From positions 105,041 through 169,040 of the forward strand of contig CAVZDJ010000037.1 in the NCBI GenBank assembly GCA_963773975.1: DNA of 64,000 nt, read 5' to 3'. This DNA comes from an uncultured delta proteobacterium. GTDB taxonomy: Bacteria > Desulfobacterota > Binatia > Binatales > Binataceae. Made by a program: the position numbers and the translations under genes. Shown in pieces: positions 44,739 to 53,459 of this stretch. The stretch's first letter is position 1. Every line of letters starts with the position of its first letter. The notes beneath the pieces are model-generated. The model was not told where the DNA came from. It worked only from the letters and a program-made list of their open reading frames with translations, and ran no database searches.

Positions 44739-44972
44739 CTAATTTAGCTTGGCGACGAGCTCGACGCCGTCGATGAACTCGCCGCGTTTGGCTTCCGCAA
44801 TCGCTGCGAGGAGGGCCGCCTCGTCTTCCCGCCCCAGTTCGAACGTCTCTGTGTCATCGGCAGCGATTACAGTAAGCTGGACGCCCTCTTCGAAGGGCGA
44901 CCCGTCAACTACGACCTTTCCCGCAACTACCTTTCCCGTGGCGATCCGCATGAAATGGATTCTAGCGGGCAC
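44739..44972 (-). CDS. antitoxin-like small protein (cognate to the decayed ParE)
   Basis: It is 70-77 aa and ends ...FELGREDEAALLAAIAEAKRGEFIDGVELVAKLN, an antitoxin C-terminal pattern. It lies immediately upstream of the toxin remnant on the same strand. Confidence 0.55.
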   Translation of the reverse strand: MPARIHFMRIATGKVVAGKVVVDGSPFEEGVQLTVIAADDTETFELGREDEAALLAAIAEAKRGEFIDGVELVAKLN

Positions 44973-45070
44973 GACCTCGTGGGTCGAACTTTGCCTGAGC
45001 GGGCTCGATGAGCATCCCGCGAAGGCTGGTGCTCGGCGCGCAGCCGTGCCTTTCAGGATAACTTCATCTA

Positions 45071-45096
45071 TTTTGCGCCGACCGTTGAATCTATGC
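45071..45096. repeat. 26-nt direct repeat, right copy, flanking the TA cassette
   Basis: See 44398..44423. It ends 31 nt before the acyl-CoA dehydrogenase ATG. Confidence 0.6.
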
Positions 45097-45127
45097 GAGA
45101 ATTCTCCGCATCGGATAGCGAGGAACC

Positions 45128-46321
45128 ATGGATTTCAAGTTCAGCGCAGACGACGAGGCCTTCCGTGCCGAATTGAGGAGCTGGCTCGACGCCAATCTGC
45201 CCGGCCGCGAACGTGGGGAACACGCCGAGTGGGCCTTTTCCGACGAGAGCGCGAGCCATTGGGAGCGCCGCGTCGCTTGGCATAAAAAGATGCACGCCGG
45301 CGGATGGGTCGGCATTAGCTGGCCCAAAGAGTACGGCGGCCGCGGCGCCACGCTCACCCAGCAGCTGGTCTACGGCGAGGAGATGAGCCGCGCGCACGCA
45401 CCCGCGCTGGTCAACCAGCTCGGCACGATGCTGGTCGGACCGACGCTCATCCAGTGGGGCACCGAGGAACAGAAAAGGCGCTACGTGCCCAAGATCCTCT
45501 CGGCCGACGAGATCTGGTGCCAGGGCTACTCCGAACCCAACTCCGGCTCCGACGTCGCTTCGCTGCAGACCCGCGCGGTCGAGGACGGCGACTACTTCGT
45601 CGTCAACGGCCAGAAAGTCTGGACCTCCGACGCGCATCACGCCGACATGTGCATCCTGCTCGTGCGCACCGATCCCGACGCGCCCAAGCACAAGGGCATC
45701 AGCTATATCCTGGTCGACATGCACAGCCCCGGCATCACGGTGCGCCCGTTAACCCAGATCACCGGCGAGCGCGGCTTCAACGAGGTCTTCTTCGAGGACG
45801 TGCGCGTACCGAAGAAAAATATCGTCGGCGAAAAGAACCACGGATGGCAGGTCGCGATCACCACGCTGATGTTCGAGCGCACCGGCGTCGGCGACTCCAA
45901 CATGAACACCAACCAGGTGCTGGAACTCGCGCGGCTCGCGAAATTGATCCGGCGCAATGGCACGAGCGCGTGGGACGACACCAGCGTGCGTCAACGGATC
46001 GCGCAGTTCGCGGCCGAGGCCGCGGCGCTCAAATATACCGGCTATCGCCAGATCACGCGCCGGCTCAAGGGACGGCCGCCAGGCCCGGAAGGCTCGGTGA
46101 TGAAGCTAGGCTCGAGCGAGCTTCATCTGCGGATGGCGAAGTTCGCAATGGAGCTGCTCGGCCCGTATAGCCAGTTCGAACACAACGCGCCCTTTGCGCT
46201 CGGCCGCGGCGTGTGGAGCTACCGGATGCTCGGAGCGCGCGCCTTTACGATCGCCGGCGGCACCAGCGAAATTCAGCACAACATTATCGGCGAGCGCGTG
46301 CTCGGCCTGCCCAAGGGCTGA
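45128..46321 (+). CDS. acyl-CoA dehydrogenase
   Basis: The 397-aa product has WCQGYSEPNSGSD, DYFVVNGQKVWTS and the C-terminal catalytic region GGTSEIQHNIIGERVLGLPKG. Confidence 0.92.
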   Translation: MDFKFSADDEAFRAELRSWLDANLPGRERGEHAEWAFSDESASHWERRVAWHKKMHAGGWVGISWPKEYGGRGATLTQQLVYGEEMSRAHAPALVNQLGTMLVGPTLIQWGTEEQKRRYVPKILSADEIWCQGYSEPNSGSDVASLQTRAVEDGDYFVVNGQKVWTSDAHHADMCILLVRTDPDAPKHKGISYILVDMHSPGITVRPLTQITGERGFNEVFFEDVRVPKKNIVGEKNHGWQVAITTLMFERTGVGDSNMNTNQVLELARLAKLIRRNGTSAWDDTSVRQRIAQFAAEAAALKYTGYRQITRRLKGRPPGPEGSVMKLGSSELHLRMAKFAMELLGPYSQFEHNAPFALGRGVWSYRMLGARAFTIAGGTSEIQHNIIGERVLGLPKG

Positions 46322-46356
46322 GCGCGAAACCCTGGCTCGCAAGCAACGAGAGCGCT

Positions 46357-47541
46357 ATGGATTTCAAGCTGAGCGCGCAGGACGAGGCGTTTCGCCAGGA
46401 ACTCCGTTCGTGGCTCGACGCGAACCTGCCCGAGAGCGAGCGGCGCAACCGTTTCTCGCTGGAGTTCATGCACAGCGAGGCCGGTGAGGAATGGACGCGG
46501 CGCGTGGCGTGGCACAAGAGGATGCATGCCGCCGGATGGATCGCGGTGCACTGGCCCGAAGAGTGCGGCGGGCGCGGCGCGACGCTCACGCAACAGATGA
46601 TCTACCAGGAGGAACTCGAGCGCGCGCGCGGCCCGGTGCTGGTCAACGCCCAGGGGATCTCGCTGGTCGGGCCGACGCTGATGCTCTGGGGCACCGAGGA
46701 GCAGCGCCGGCGCTATCTGCCGCCGATGCTCGCGGCGGAGGAAATCTGGTGCCAGGGTTACTCGGAACCCGGCTCGGGCTCCGACCTCGCCTCGCTGCAG
46801 ACGCGCGCGGTCGAAGACGGCGACTATTTCGTCATCAACGGGCAGAAGGTCTGGACCTCCGACGCGCATCACGCGGACATGTGCTTCCTGCTGGTGCGCA
46901 CCGATCCCGACGCGCCCAAGCACAAGGGCATCAGCTACGTGCTGGTCGACATGCACAGCCCCGGCATCACGGTGCGCCCGCTGACCCAAATGACGCGCGA
47001 CACCGGCTTCAACGAAGTCTTCTTCGAAGACGTGCGCGTGCCGAAGAAAAACGTAGTCGGCGAAAAAAACAATGGGTGGCTGGTCGCGCTGACCTCGCTG
47101 ATGTACGAGCGGCGCTACCGTGGGCTGGACAATAACATCGGCGAGCTGGTCGAGTTGGCCCGGACGGTGCGGCGAGGTGGCCGCGCCGCGTGGGAGGACG
47201 ACGACGTACGCCAGCAGATCGCGCAGTTCGCGTGCGAGGTCAGCGCGCTCCGGCTGCTCAACCTGCGCCAGCTCACGCGCCAGCTCAAGGGATTGCCGCC
47301 GGGCCCGGAAAGCTCGATCGTCAAGCTCGTGACCACCGAGATAAATCTCGCAATCAACCGGTTCGCCACCGAGCTGCTCGGCGCCTATAGCCAGATCGAA
47401 CTCGACGCGCCGTTCGCGATCGCCGAGGGGCGATGGCTCTACCGGATGCTGGCGTCGCGCGGGCTCACGATCGCGGCCGGGTCGAGCGAGATTCAGCGCA
47501 ACATAATCGGCGAGCGCGTGTTGGGATTGCCCAAGGGCTAG
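46357..47541 (+). CDS. acyl-CoA dehydrogenase (tandem paralog)
   Basis: The start is ATG 46357 (MDFKLSAQDEAFRQEL...). It shows the same motifs as the upstream copy and ends AGSSEIQRNIIGERVLGLPKG. Confidence 0.92.
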   Translation: MDFKLSAQDEAFRQELRSWLDANLPESERRNRFSLEFMHSEAGEEWTRRVAWHKRMHAAGWIAVHWPEECGGRGATLTQQMIYQEELERARGPVLVNAQGISLVGPTLMLWGTEEQRRRYLPPMLAAEEIWCQGYSEPGSGSDLASLQTRAVEDGDYFVINGQKVWTSDAHHADMCFLLVRTDPDAPKHKGISYVLVDMHSPGITVRPLTQMTRDTGFNEVFFEDVRVPKKNVVGEKNNGWLVALTSLMYERRYRGLDNNIGELVELARTVRRGGRAAWEDDDVRQQIAQFACEVSALRLLNLRQLTRQLKGLPPGPESSIVKLVTTEINLAINRFATELLGAYSQIELDAPFAIAEGRWLYRMLASRGLTIAAGSSEIQRNIIGERVLGLPKG

Positions 47542-47548
47542 GCTTTTC

Positions 47549-48874
47549 TCACGGCGATGTGAGCGCCTCGACTTCATCGATCGTCTTGGGAATCGCCGCG
47601 GTCAGAACCTCGTGACCGTCCGCGGTGACCAGGACGTCGTCTTCAATGCGGATTCCCACCCCTCGCATCGACTCGGGTGCGCTTTCGTCATCGGGCGAGA
47701 TGTAGATCCCCGGTTCGACCGTCAACACCATCGAAGGTTCCAGCTCGCGCGAGCCTCCGTTGAGGCGATACAGCCCCACGTCATGCACGTCCATCCCGAG
47801 CCAATGGCTGGTGCGATGCATATAGTAGCGGCGATAGGCGGCGGTCGCGATCGCGTCGGTAAGCGGCCCCTTGACGAGGCCGAGATCGATCATGCCCTCG
47901 ACCAGCACGCGCAGAGCGGCTTCGTGCACGTCGTCGAAGCGCACGCCGGGTTTTATCGATTCGATTCCGCGCCGCTGCGCTTCGAGCACGACCGCGTAGA
48001 GCGCGCGCTGCGCCGGACTGAAGCGCATGCCGACCGGAAACGTGCGGGTCACGTCGGAGGCATAAAAGTCCACCTCGCATCCGGCGTCGATCAGCAGGAG
48101 ATCGCCGCTTTGCATCCGGCGGTCGTTCTGGATGTAGTGGAGCGTCGCGGCGTTCGGGCCCGAGGCGATGATCGACGGATAGCTGGGGCCGGCGGCGCCG
48201 CGCGAGCGAAACGCGTAATCGACTAGCGCCTCGATTTCCCACTCCATCATCCCGCCGCGCGCCCGGCGCATCGCGTCCTTGTGCGCCTCGCACGAAATCG
48301 CGGCCGCGCGGCGCATCGCGTCGAGCTCCTCGGGCCGCTTCTTGAGCCGCGCCTCATGGATCAGCTCGCGCGGATCGAGCATCGCGATCGGTCCCGTGCC
48401 GGTCCGCGGCCGCATCGCCTGCGCCCCGCGCATCAACTCCAACACCCGCGCGTTCATCCGCTCATTGTTGCCGAGCGGGTAGTAAACGCGCTCGACGCCT
48501 TCGAGATAGCGCGGCAGCACGCGGTCCAATTCATCGACGACGTACGCCTTGTCGGCGCCGTAATCGAGCATCGCGCCTTCCACCCCGGCCCGCCGCCCGG
48601 TCCAGGTTTCGCGCTCGCGGTCGCGCGGGCGGACGAACATCACGAACTCGCCGTCCTTGTGGCCGGGTGCGAACAGCGCCACCGACTCCGGCTCGGCAAA
48701 TCCGGTCAGGTAGTAGAAATCGTTATCCTGGCGATAGACGAACTCGACGTCATTGGAGCGGACCGCGACCGGTGCGCTCGGCAAAATCGCGGCTGCCGCA
48801 CCGATCTCGGCCATGAAGCGCGCGCGCCGCTCTTTGAAAATCTCCGCCCGGCCGTTGGGACTCAGCACACTCAC
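47549..48874 (-). CDS. pepP: Xaa-Pro aminopeptidase (M24B)
   Basis: It has the AMP_N N-terminal domain and the M24 metal ligands (LIDAGCEVDFYASDVTRTF, HWLGMDVHD, TVEPGIY, IRIEDDVLV). Confidence 0.9.
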   Translation of the reverse strand: MSVLSPNGRAEIFKERRARFMAEIGAAAAILPSAPVAVRSNDVEFVYRQDNDFYYLTGFAEPESVALFAPGHKDGEFVMFVRPRDRERETWTGRRAGVEGAMLDYGADKAYVVDELDRVLPRYLEGVERVYYPLGNNERMNARVLELMRGAQAMRPRTGTGPIAMLDPRELIHEARLKKRPEELDAMRRAAAISCEAHKDAMRRARGGMMEWEIEALVDYAFRSRGAAGPSYPSIIASGPNAATLHYIQNDRRMQSGDLLLIDAGCEVDFYASDVTRTFPVGMRFSPAQRALYAVVLEAQRRGIESIKPGVRFDDVHEAALRVLVEGMIDLGLVKGPLTDAIATAAYRRYYMHRTSHWLGMDVHDVGLYRLNGGSRELEPSMVLTVEPGIYISPDDESAPESMRGVGIRIEDDVLVTADGHEVLTAAIPKTIDEVEALTSP

Positions 48875-48910
48875 GCCGCCGCTCCTCTTGTGCGCCCCGC
48901 CGCCCGCCCC

Positions 48911-49753
48911 TTACGGCAGGCCGGCGCCGGCAACCTCGACCTCAGTAGTCTCGATACGCGAGTTGCGCTTGGCGCGCAGCACGTCGGGATCGATCGACTC
49001 CGACGTGAGCAAAAAGAGCGTGCGGCGCGCGGGGCCGCCGAGCATGCACGCGATCGGCATCTGCTCACGCTTGATCCGTTCCGCCACCTGGCCGCCCTGC
49101 TTCACCCGCAGAAGCTCGTGCGTAAATGGCGACGCCACCCAAATCGCGCCCTCCGCGTCGAGCGCGATTCCATCGGGCACGCCCTCACCCAACTCGGCCC
49201 ATACGCGGCGGTTGCCCAGCCCGCCGTCGGCGGCCACGTCGAATGCGGTCAGCCGATGCCCCATCGACTCGCCCACCACCAGCGTCTTGCCGTCGGGCGT
49301 GATCACGGTGCCGTTGGGAAACTGGAGGTCGCGCGCGACTACGCGCGCCGCGCCATTCGGCTCGACCATCACCATCTCGGCCGGCTTCTGCGGCGCTTCC
49401 TTGATGATGTCGTAGCCGAAGTTGCCGACGTAGGCGCGGCCGTGGCTATCGACCACCATGTCGTTGCAATGATACGACGCGAGCGCGCTGAGATCGGCGT
49501 GCACCTTGAGCCCGCCAGCTTCCTGGCGCAGCAGCTTGCGGTCCGTCATCGAGACCACCAGCATCCGCCCGTCGGGAAGCCATCCCAACCCCGAAGGCCA
49601 CGTTGGAACTTCCGCGATCACCGTGTTGCGGCCTTTAAGATCGACCGCGTTCACCGTGTGCGCGTGCATGTCGGAATAGTAAAGCTTGTCGTCGTGCCAT
49701 CGCGGGCCTTCGCCGAACGCCAAATTATCAAGTAATACTTTAAATTGCCTCAT
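48911..49753 (-). CDS. SMP-30/gluconolactonase/LRE family protein
   Basis: It has a six-bladed propeller signature (FGEGPRWHD, NDMVVDSHGRAYVGN, PNGTVITPDGKTL, PDGIALDAEGAIWVA). Confidence 0.85.
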   Translation of the reverse strand: MRQFKVLLDNLAFGEGPRWHDDKLYYSDMHAHTVNAVDLKGRNTVIAEVPTWPSGLGWLPDGRMLVVSMTDRKLLRQEAGGLKVHADLSALASYHCNDMVVDSHGRAYVGNFGYDIIKEAPQKPAEMVMVEPNGAARVVARDLQFPNGTVITPDGKTLVVGESMGHRLTAFDVAADGGLGNRRVWAELGEGVPDGIALDAEGAIWVASPFTHELLRVKQGGQVAERIKREQMPIACMLGGPARRTLFLLTSESIDPDVLRAKRNSRIETTEVEVAGAGLP

Positions 49754-49804
49754 GGCTCCTCCGCAACGATTCGCGCGTGCGCGCGAGCGTAATTGCCGTA
49801 GCTG

Positions 49805-51043
49805 CTATTCCAACGCGCCGGCCTCTCGCAGCCGCGCGACCTCGTCCGCGCTATAGCCTAGCACCTGTGTGAGGACCTCGTCGGTATGCTGTCCGATGAG
49901 CGGCGCCGGCGCGCGCACGTTGGCGGCCGTGCGGCTCATCCGCCACGGGATTCCGCAATGCTGCTGCACGCCGACTTCGGGATGATCGAGGTAAACCCAG
50001 TAGTCGCGCGCCTTCAGATGAGGATCCTCGGAGACGACCTTGTTGGGCGCGCAGACCGCGGCCGCCACGCCCGCCGCCTGGAGAACTTGTTCCGCCTCGG
50101 CGGCGCTGCGCTCGGAGGTCCACGCGGCGATCGCCGCTTCGAGCTGGTCCTCGTTGCGTTTGCGCGCGGCGGCGGTGGCAAAGCGCGGATCGCGCGCCAT
50201 CTCGGACGCACCCATAGCGTCCGCCAGGCGGCCGAACTCGGCGTCGTCGGCGGCCACGATCGACACCCACATGTCGATCATGATGCCGGTGTTCTCGAAT
50301 CGATCCTTGGAGGGGAAAACGCCGTGAGGCGCGATCAGCGGATCGCGATTTCCGTCGCGCACCGGCTCGCGCCCGTTCATCGTGTACTCCATGATTCCCT
50401 CGGGCAGCAGCCCCATCGCGCACTCCCACTGGCTCATGTCGATGTACTGGCCTTCGCCGGTTTTCTTGCGATGGTAGAGCGCGGCCAGGATCGCGAACGC
50501 GCCGTGCACGCCGGCGTTGGGATCGGCGTAGCTGAAGCCGGCGTGCATCGGCGGCCATCCTTTGTAGCCGGTCAGCGACGAAAGCCCCGAGAGCGGCACC
50601 TGCGCCGGTCCGTAGGCGACGTATTGGTGAAACGGCCCCGTGTCGCCATAGCCGGAGAGCGAGATCATGATGAGGTCGGGCTTGATCTTGCGCAACGCCG
50701 CGTAGCCGAGCCCTATCTTTTCCATTACGCCGGAGGCGAAATTGTTGGTGACGACGTCGCTCGCCTCGACCAGCCGATGCGCGACTTCGAGCGCGCCGGG
50801 CTTGGCATAGTTCAGGGTCACCGAGCGCTTGCCCTGGTTGTATTGGTTGAAGTAGCCGGAGCGATTGATCCCGGGTTTGCCCTCGGGCCACGGCGGCAAG
50901 AGCCGGGTCACGCACGGCCGCGTTCTGGTCTCGATACGGATTACGTCGGCGCCGAGATGGGCGAGCTGCAGCGTGCAATACGGCCCCGCCCATACCCAGG
51001 TGAAGTCGGCGATTCTAACGCCTTCAAGTGGAAGCTTCGCCAT
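49805..51043 (-). CDS. family III CoA-transferase (CaiB/BaiF)
   Basis: The start is ATG 51043 (MAKLPLEGVRIADFTWVWAGPYCT). It has ADVIRIE and the conserved Asp region (FSYADPNAG). Confidence 0.88.
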   Translation of the reverse strand: MAKLPLEGVRIADFTWVWAGPYCTLQLAHLGADVIRIETRTRPCVTRLLPPWPEGKPGINRSGYFNQYNQGKRSVTLNYAKPGALEVAHRLVEASDVVTNNFASGVMEKIGLGYAALRKIKPDLIMISLSGYGDTGPFHQYVAYGPAQVPLSGLSSLTGYKGWPPMHAGFSYADPNAGVHGAFAILAALYHRKKTGEGQYIDMSQWECAMGLLPEGIMEYTMNGREPVRDGNRDPLIAPHGVFPSKDRFENTGIMIDMWVSIVAADDAEFGRLADAMGASEMARDPRFATAAARKRNEDQLEAAIAAWTSERSAAEAEQVLQAAGVAAAVCAPNKVVSEDPHLKARDYWVYLDHPEVGVQQHCGIPWRMSRTAANVRAPAPLIGQHTDEVLTQVLGYSADEVARLREAGALE

Positions 51044-51091
51044 CGTCTTTATTTGCGCTCGCTCTATTTGCTCTCGCACCACGCGGCCCGA

Positions 51092-52300
51092 TCAAATCAC
51101 TCCCCTGCTGCGCAATTCGTCGAGCCGCGCCGGTTCCAATCCGAGGCGCACGCCGAAAATCTCCTCGTTATGCTGCCCGAGCGTCGGCGCCGGGCGGCGA
51201 ATCTCCCACGGCGTGCGGCTGTACTTGAGCGGCGCGCCGGGATATTTGTGCGTGCCCGCGACGGGATGCGCTATCTCGACAAAGAAGCCGCGCTTTTTCA
51301 GATGATCCGAACTGAGCAGGTCGCCCATGGTCGAAACCGGCGCGAACGGGATGCGCCGCGCCTGCGCTTTCTTGTAAAGGTCGAGCGCACTCTGGTCTTT
51401 CAGCCAGTCCTCCAGGAAAATCTTGAGCGCGTCCCAGTTGACGCCGCGCTTCAGCCGGTCGGCGAAAATATCTTCCGCCGCCCACTCGGGATTGCCCATC
51501 AGCTCGACGAAATTGCGCCACTGATGCTCCTCGACGCAGCAGACGAAAATGTAGCCGTCGCGGCACTCCATCACTTCGAGCGGCTGGATCGGCTTCTGCC
51601 CGAGCCTCGACGCGACCATGTTCATATACGGCCAGAACTCGAAGAACAGCTCCATCTGCGCGGCCAGCGATTCGTAAATCGAAACGTCGACGTGTTGGCC
51701 CTCGCCGTCGCGCATCTGCGCGAACACCGCGCCCATCGTCGCCACTGCCGCATGCACTCCGCCCTGGAAGCCGGCCTGCTGCCCGAAGGCCTTAAGCGGC
51801 GGCATCTCGGGATGCTGCGAGCCGCCGCCGTTGATGTAGCAGATGCCGCTCGCGCTCCACAGCGTCAAATCTTCGGCGCGCCACTCGCGCTTGGGCCCGC
51901 TTTGCCCCCACGGCGAAATCGAGGTCATCACCAGGCGCGGATTGCCGCGGCGCAGGCGCTCGAAGGTAAGGCCGATACGATCCATGTCGGACGGCGCGAC
52001 GTTGTGAAGCAAAACGTCGGCGTCGCCGGCGAGTCGCTGGAGCAATTCGAAGCCCTCGGGACGCGACACGTCGAGCGTGACGCCAAGCTTGTTGGTATTG
52101 AGATAAAGGTAGAGGCCGCTTTTTTCCGGATGCGCCGTGCCGCCCGGAAAAGGGCCGCGCACGCGCGCATGGTCGCCGGCGCCCGGCCGTTCGATCTTGA
52201 TTACCTCGGCGCCCATGTCGGCCATCAACTTGGCCGCGTAGGGAGCGGAGACCATCTCGCCCAATTCGACGACTTTTAAACCTGACAGCGCGCCAGCCAT
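51092..52300 (-). CDS. family III CoA-transferase (CaiB/BaiF), paralog
   Basis: It has LSGLKVVELGEMVSAPYAAKLMADMGAEVIKIE, ADVLLHN and the typical interlocked-dimer family layout. Confidence 0.9.
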   Translation of the reverse strand: MAGALSGLKVVELGEMVSAPYAAKLMADMGAEVIKIERPGAGDHARVRGPFPGGTAHPEKSGLYLYLNTNKLGVTLDVSRPEGFELLQRLAGDADVLLHNVAPSDMDRIGLTFERLRRGNPRLVMTSISPWGQSGPKREWRAEDLTLWSASGICYINGGGSQHPEMPPLKAFGQQAGFQGGVHAAVATMGAVFAQMRDGEGQHVDVSIYESLAAQMELFFEFWPYMNMVASRLGQKPIQPLEVMECRDGYIFVCCVEEHQWRNFVELMGNPEWAAEDIFADRLKRGVNWDALKIFLEDWLKDQSALDLYKKAQARRIPFAPVSTMGDLLSSDHLKKRGFFVEIAHPVAGTHKYPGAPLKYSRTPWEIRRPAPTLGQHNEEIFGVRLGLEPARLDELRSRGVI

Positions 52301-52320
52301 TCCTGCCCGCCACCCACCCG

Positions 52321-52593
52321 TTATTCGGGCAACACCTTGCGAAACGGCTTGACCTCGACCCGCTCGAAGACGCCCTCGAGCGCGTAGGGATCGTTGCGCG
52401 CGAACTCGAGCGCCGCCGCCTCGCTCTCCATGTCGACGATGATCAGGCTGCCGCTGCCGTCAGTGAAGGGGCCGCCGATCAGCATCTTGCCGCTCCTGGC
52501 GACGGGACCCACGTACGCGAGATGGCGGGGGCGGACCGTGGGCCGGAGCGCGGCGCCTTGGGGTCCGTCGTGGCCGATGATCACGAACAGCAT
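52321..52593 (-). CDS. YciI family protein
   Basis: The start is ATG 52593. MLFVIIGHDGP...RPRHLAYV...GGPF...DPYALEGVFERVEVKPF is the typical YciI pattern (90 aa). Confidence 0.8.
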   Translation of the reverse strand: MLFVIIGHDGPQGAALRPTVRPRHLAYVGPVARSGKMLIGGPFTDGSGSLIIVDMESEAAALEFARNDPYALEGVFERVEVKPFRKVLPE

Positions 52594-52672
52594 CGCGTTC
52601 CTCCTGCTCTCGGCGAAGTTAGCACGCGCGGCGCGCACCGCCCAAGCGCCCGTCTAACGATTCGGGTTCGCG

Positions 52673-53458
52673 TCACTTGGGCGAAATCGCGCCGTAGCCG
52701 GTGTAGTAAATCACGAAGTACACGGTGCCCAGCGCGAACAGCGCCACGGTCGCCGCGAGGTCGCTCGGCCTCACCGGGTAGTCGATGAAACTGGTGGGCT
52801 GGCGGCTCATTCCGAAGCCCCGCGCCTCCAGCGCCATCGCCATCGAATTGGCCTTGCGCAGCGCTCCCATGAAGACCGGGATCAGCACCGGCACGTAGCG
52901 TTTGACCCGCTCCAGCGGGCCGCCGCGATTGAAATCGTAACCGCGGAGGTTTTGCGCCTGCACCACGGTAAGCGCCGAATCGATGAACAGCGGCACCAGG
53001 CGGAACGAAAGTGTGATCGCGAAACCCACGCGGTAGGGCACGCCCAGGCGCGCCAGCCCGGCGGTGAATTCCTCGACCTTGGTGGTCGACAGGAACAGCA
53101 CCGAGGTCGCGAGCAACTCGGCGAGCTTCAAACCGCGCCCTAACCCGAACACAAGCGAGGCGCGGCTCAGATGCAGGAGCGGCAGATTTATCAGCACCGG
53201 CCCGCGGCGATAGAACACCATCCAGGCCACCGTGGTGGTCAGAATCACCAGGATGAAGAGCCAGCGCAGGCGATAAAAGTTCGGCCACGCGCCGGTGAAC
53301 TCCGCAAGCGCCAGCATCACCAGCCCTAGCGGCAGCAGGGCCAGCGGATGGTCGACCCAGTACACCGACCAGAACATCACGAACAGCGCAAAAACCTTGA
53401 CCGTCGGATGGAGCCGATGGATGAAGGTGGCGCGCTCGATGTAGAGAAAAATCGGCAT
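52673..53458 (-). CDS. ecfT: energy-coupling factor transporter transmembrane protein EcfT (CbiQ family)
   Basis: The start is ATG 53458. It has the IHRLHPTVK N-terminal motif and the conserved ARG...R coupling-helix motifs (ALEARGF). Confidence 0.85.
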   Translation of the reverse strand: MPIFLYIERATFIHRLHPTVKVFALFVMFWSVYWVDHPLALLPLGLVMLALAEFTGAWPNFYRLRWLFILVILTTTVAWMVFYRRGPVLINLPLLHLSRASLVFGLGRGLKLAELLATSVLFLSTTKVEEFTAGLARLGVPYRVGFAITLSFRLVPLFIDSALTVVQAQNLRGYDFNRGGPLERVKRYVPVLIPVFMGALRKANSMAMALEARGFGMSRQPTSFIDYPVRPSDLAATVALFALGTVYFVIYYTGYGAISPK

Positions 53459-53459
53459 C

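Noticed and set aside
46273-49735. 434-aa (-) and 484-aa (+) ORFs (46273..47577 and 48281..49735)
   Set aside because: They are antisense to the second ACAD and to the pepP and SMP-30 genes respectively. Both show shadow-ORF composition.
49886-52279. 797-aa ORF on the + strand
   Set aside because: It is antisense to the two well-supported family III CoA-transferase genes, and its composition is low-complexity Arg/Ala/His-rich.
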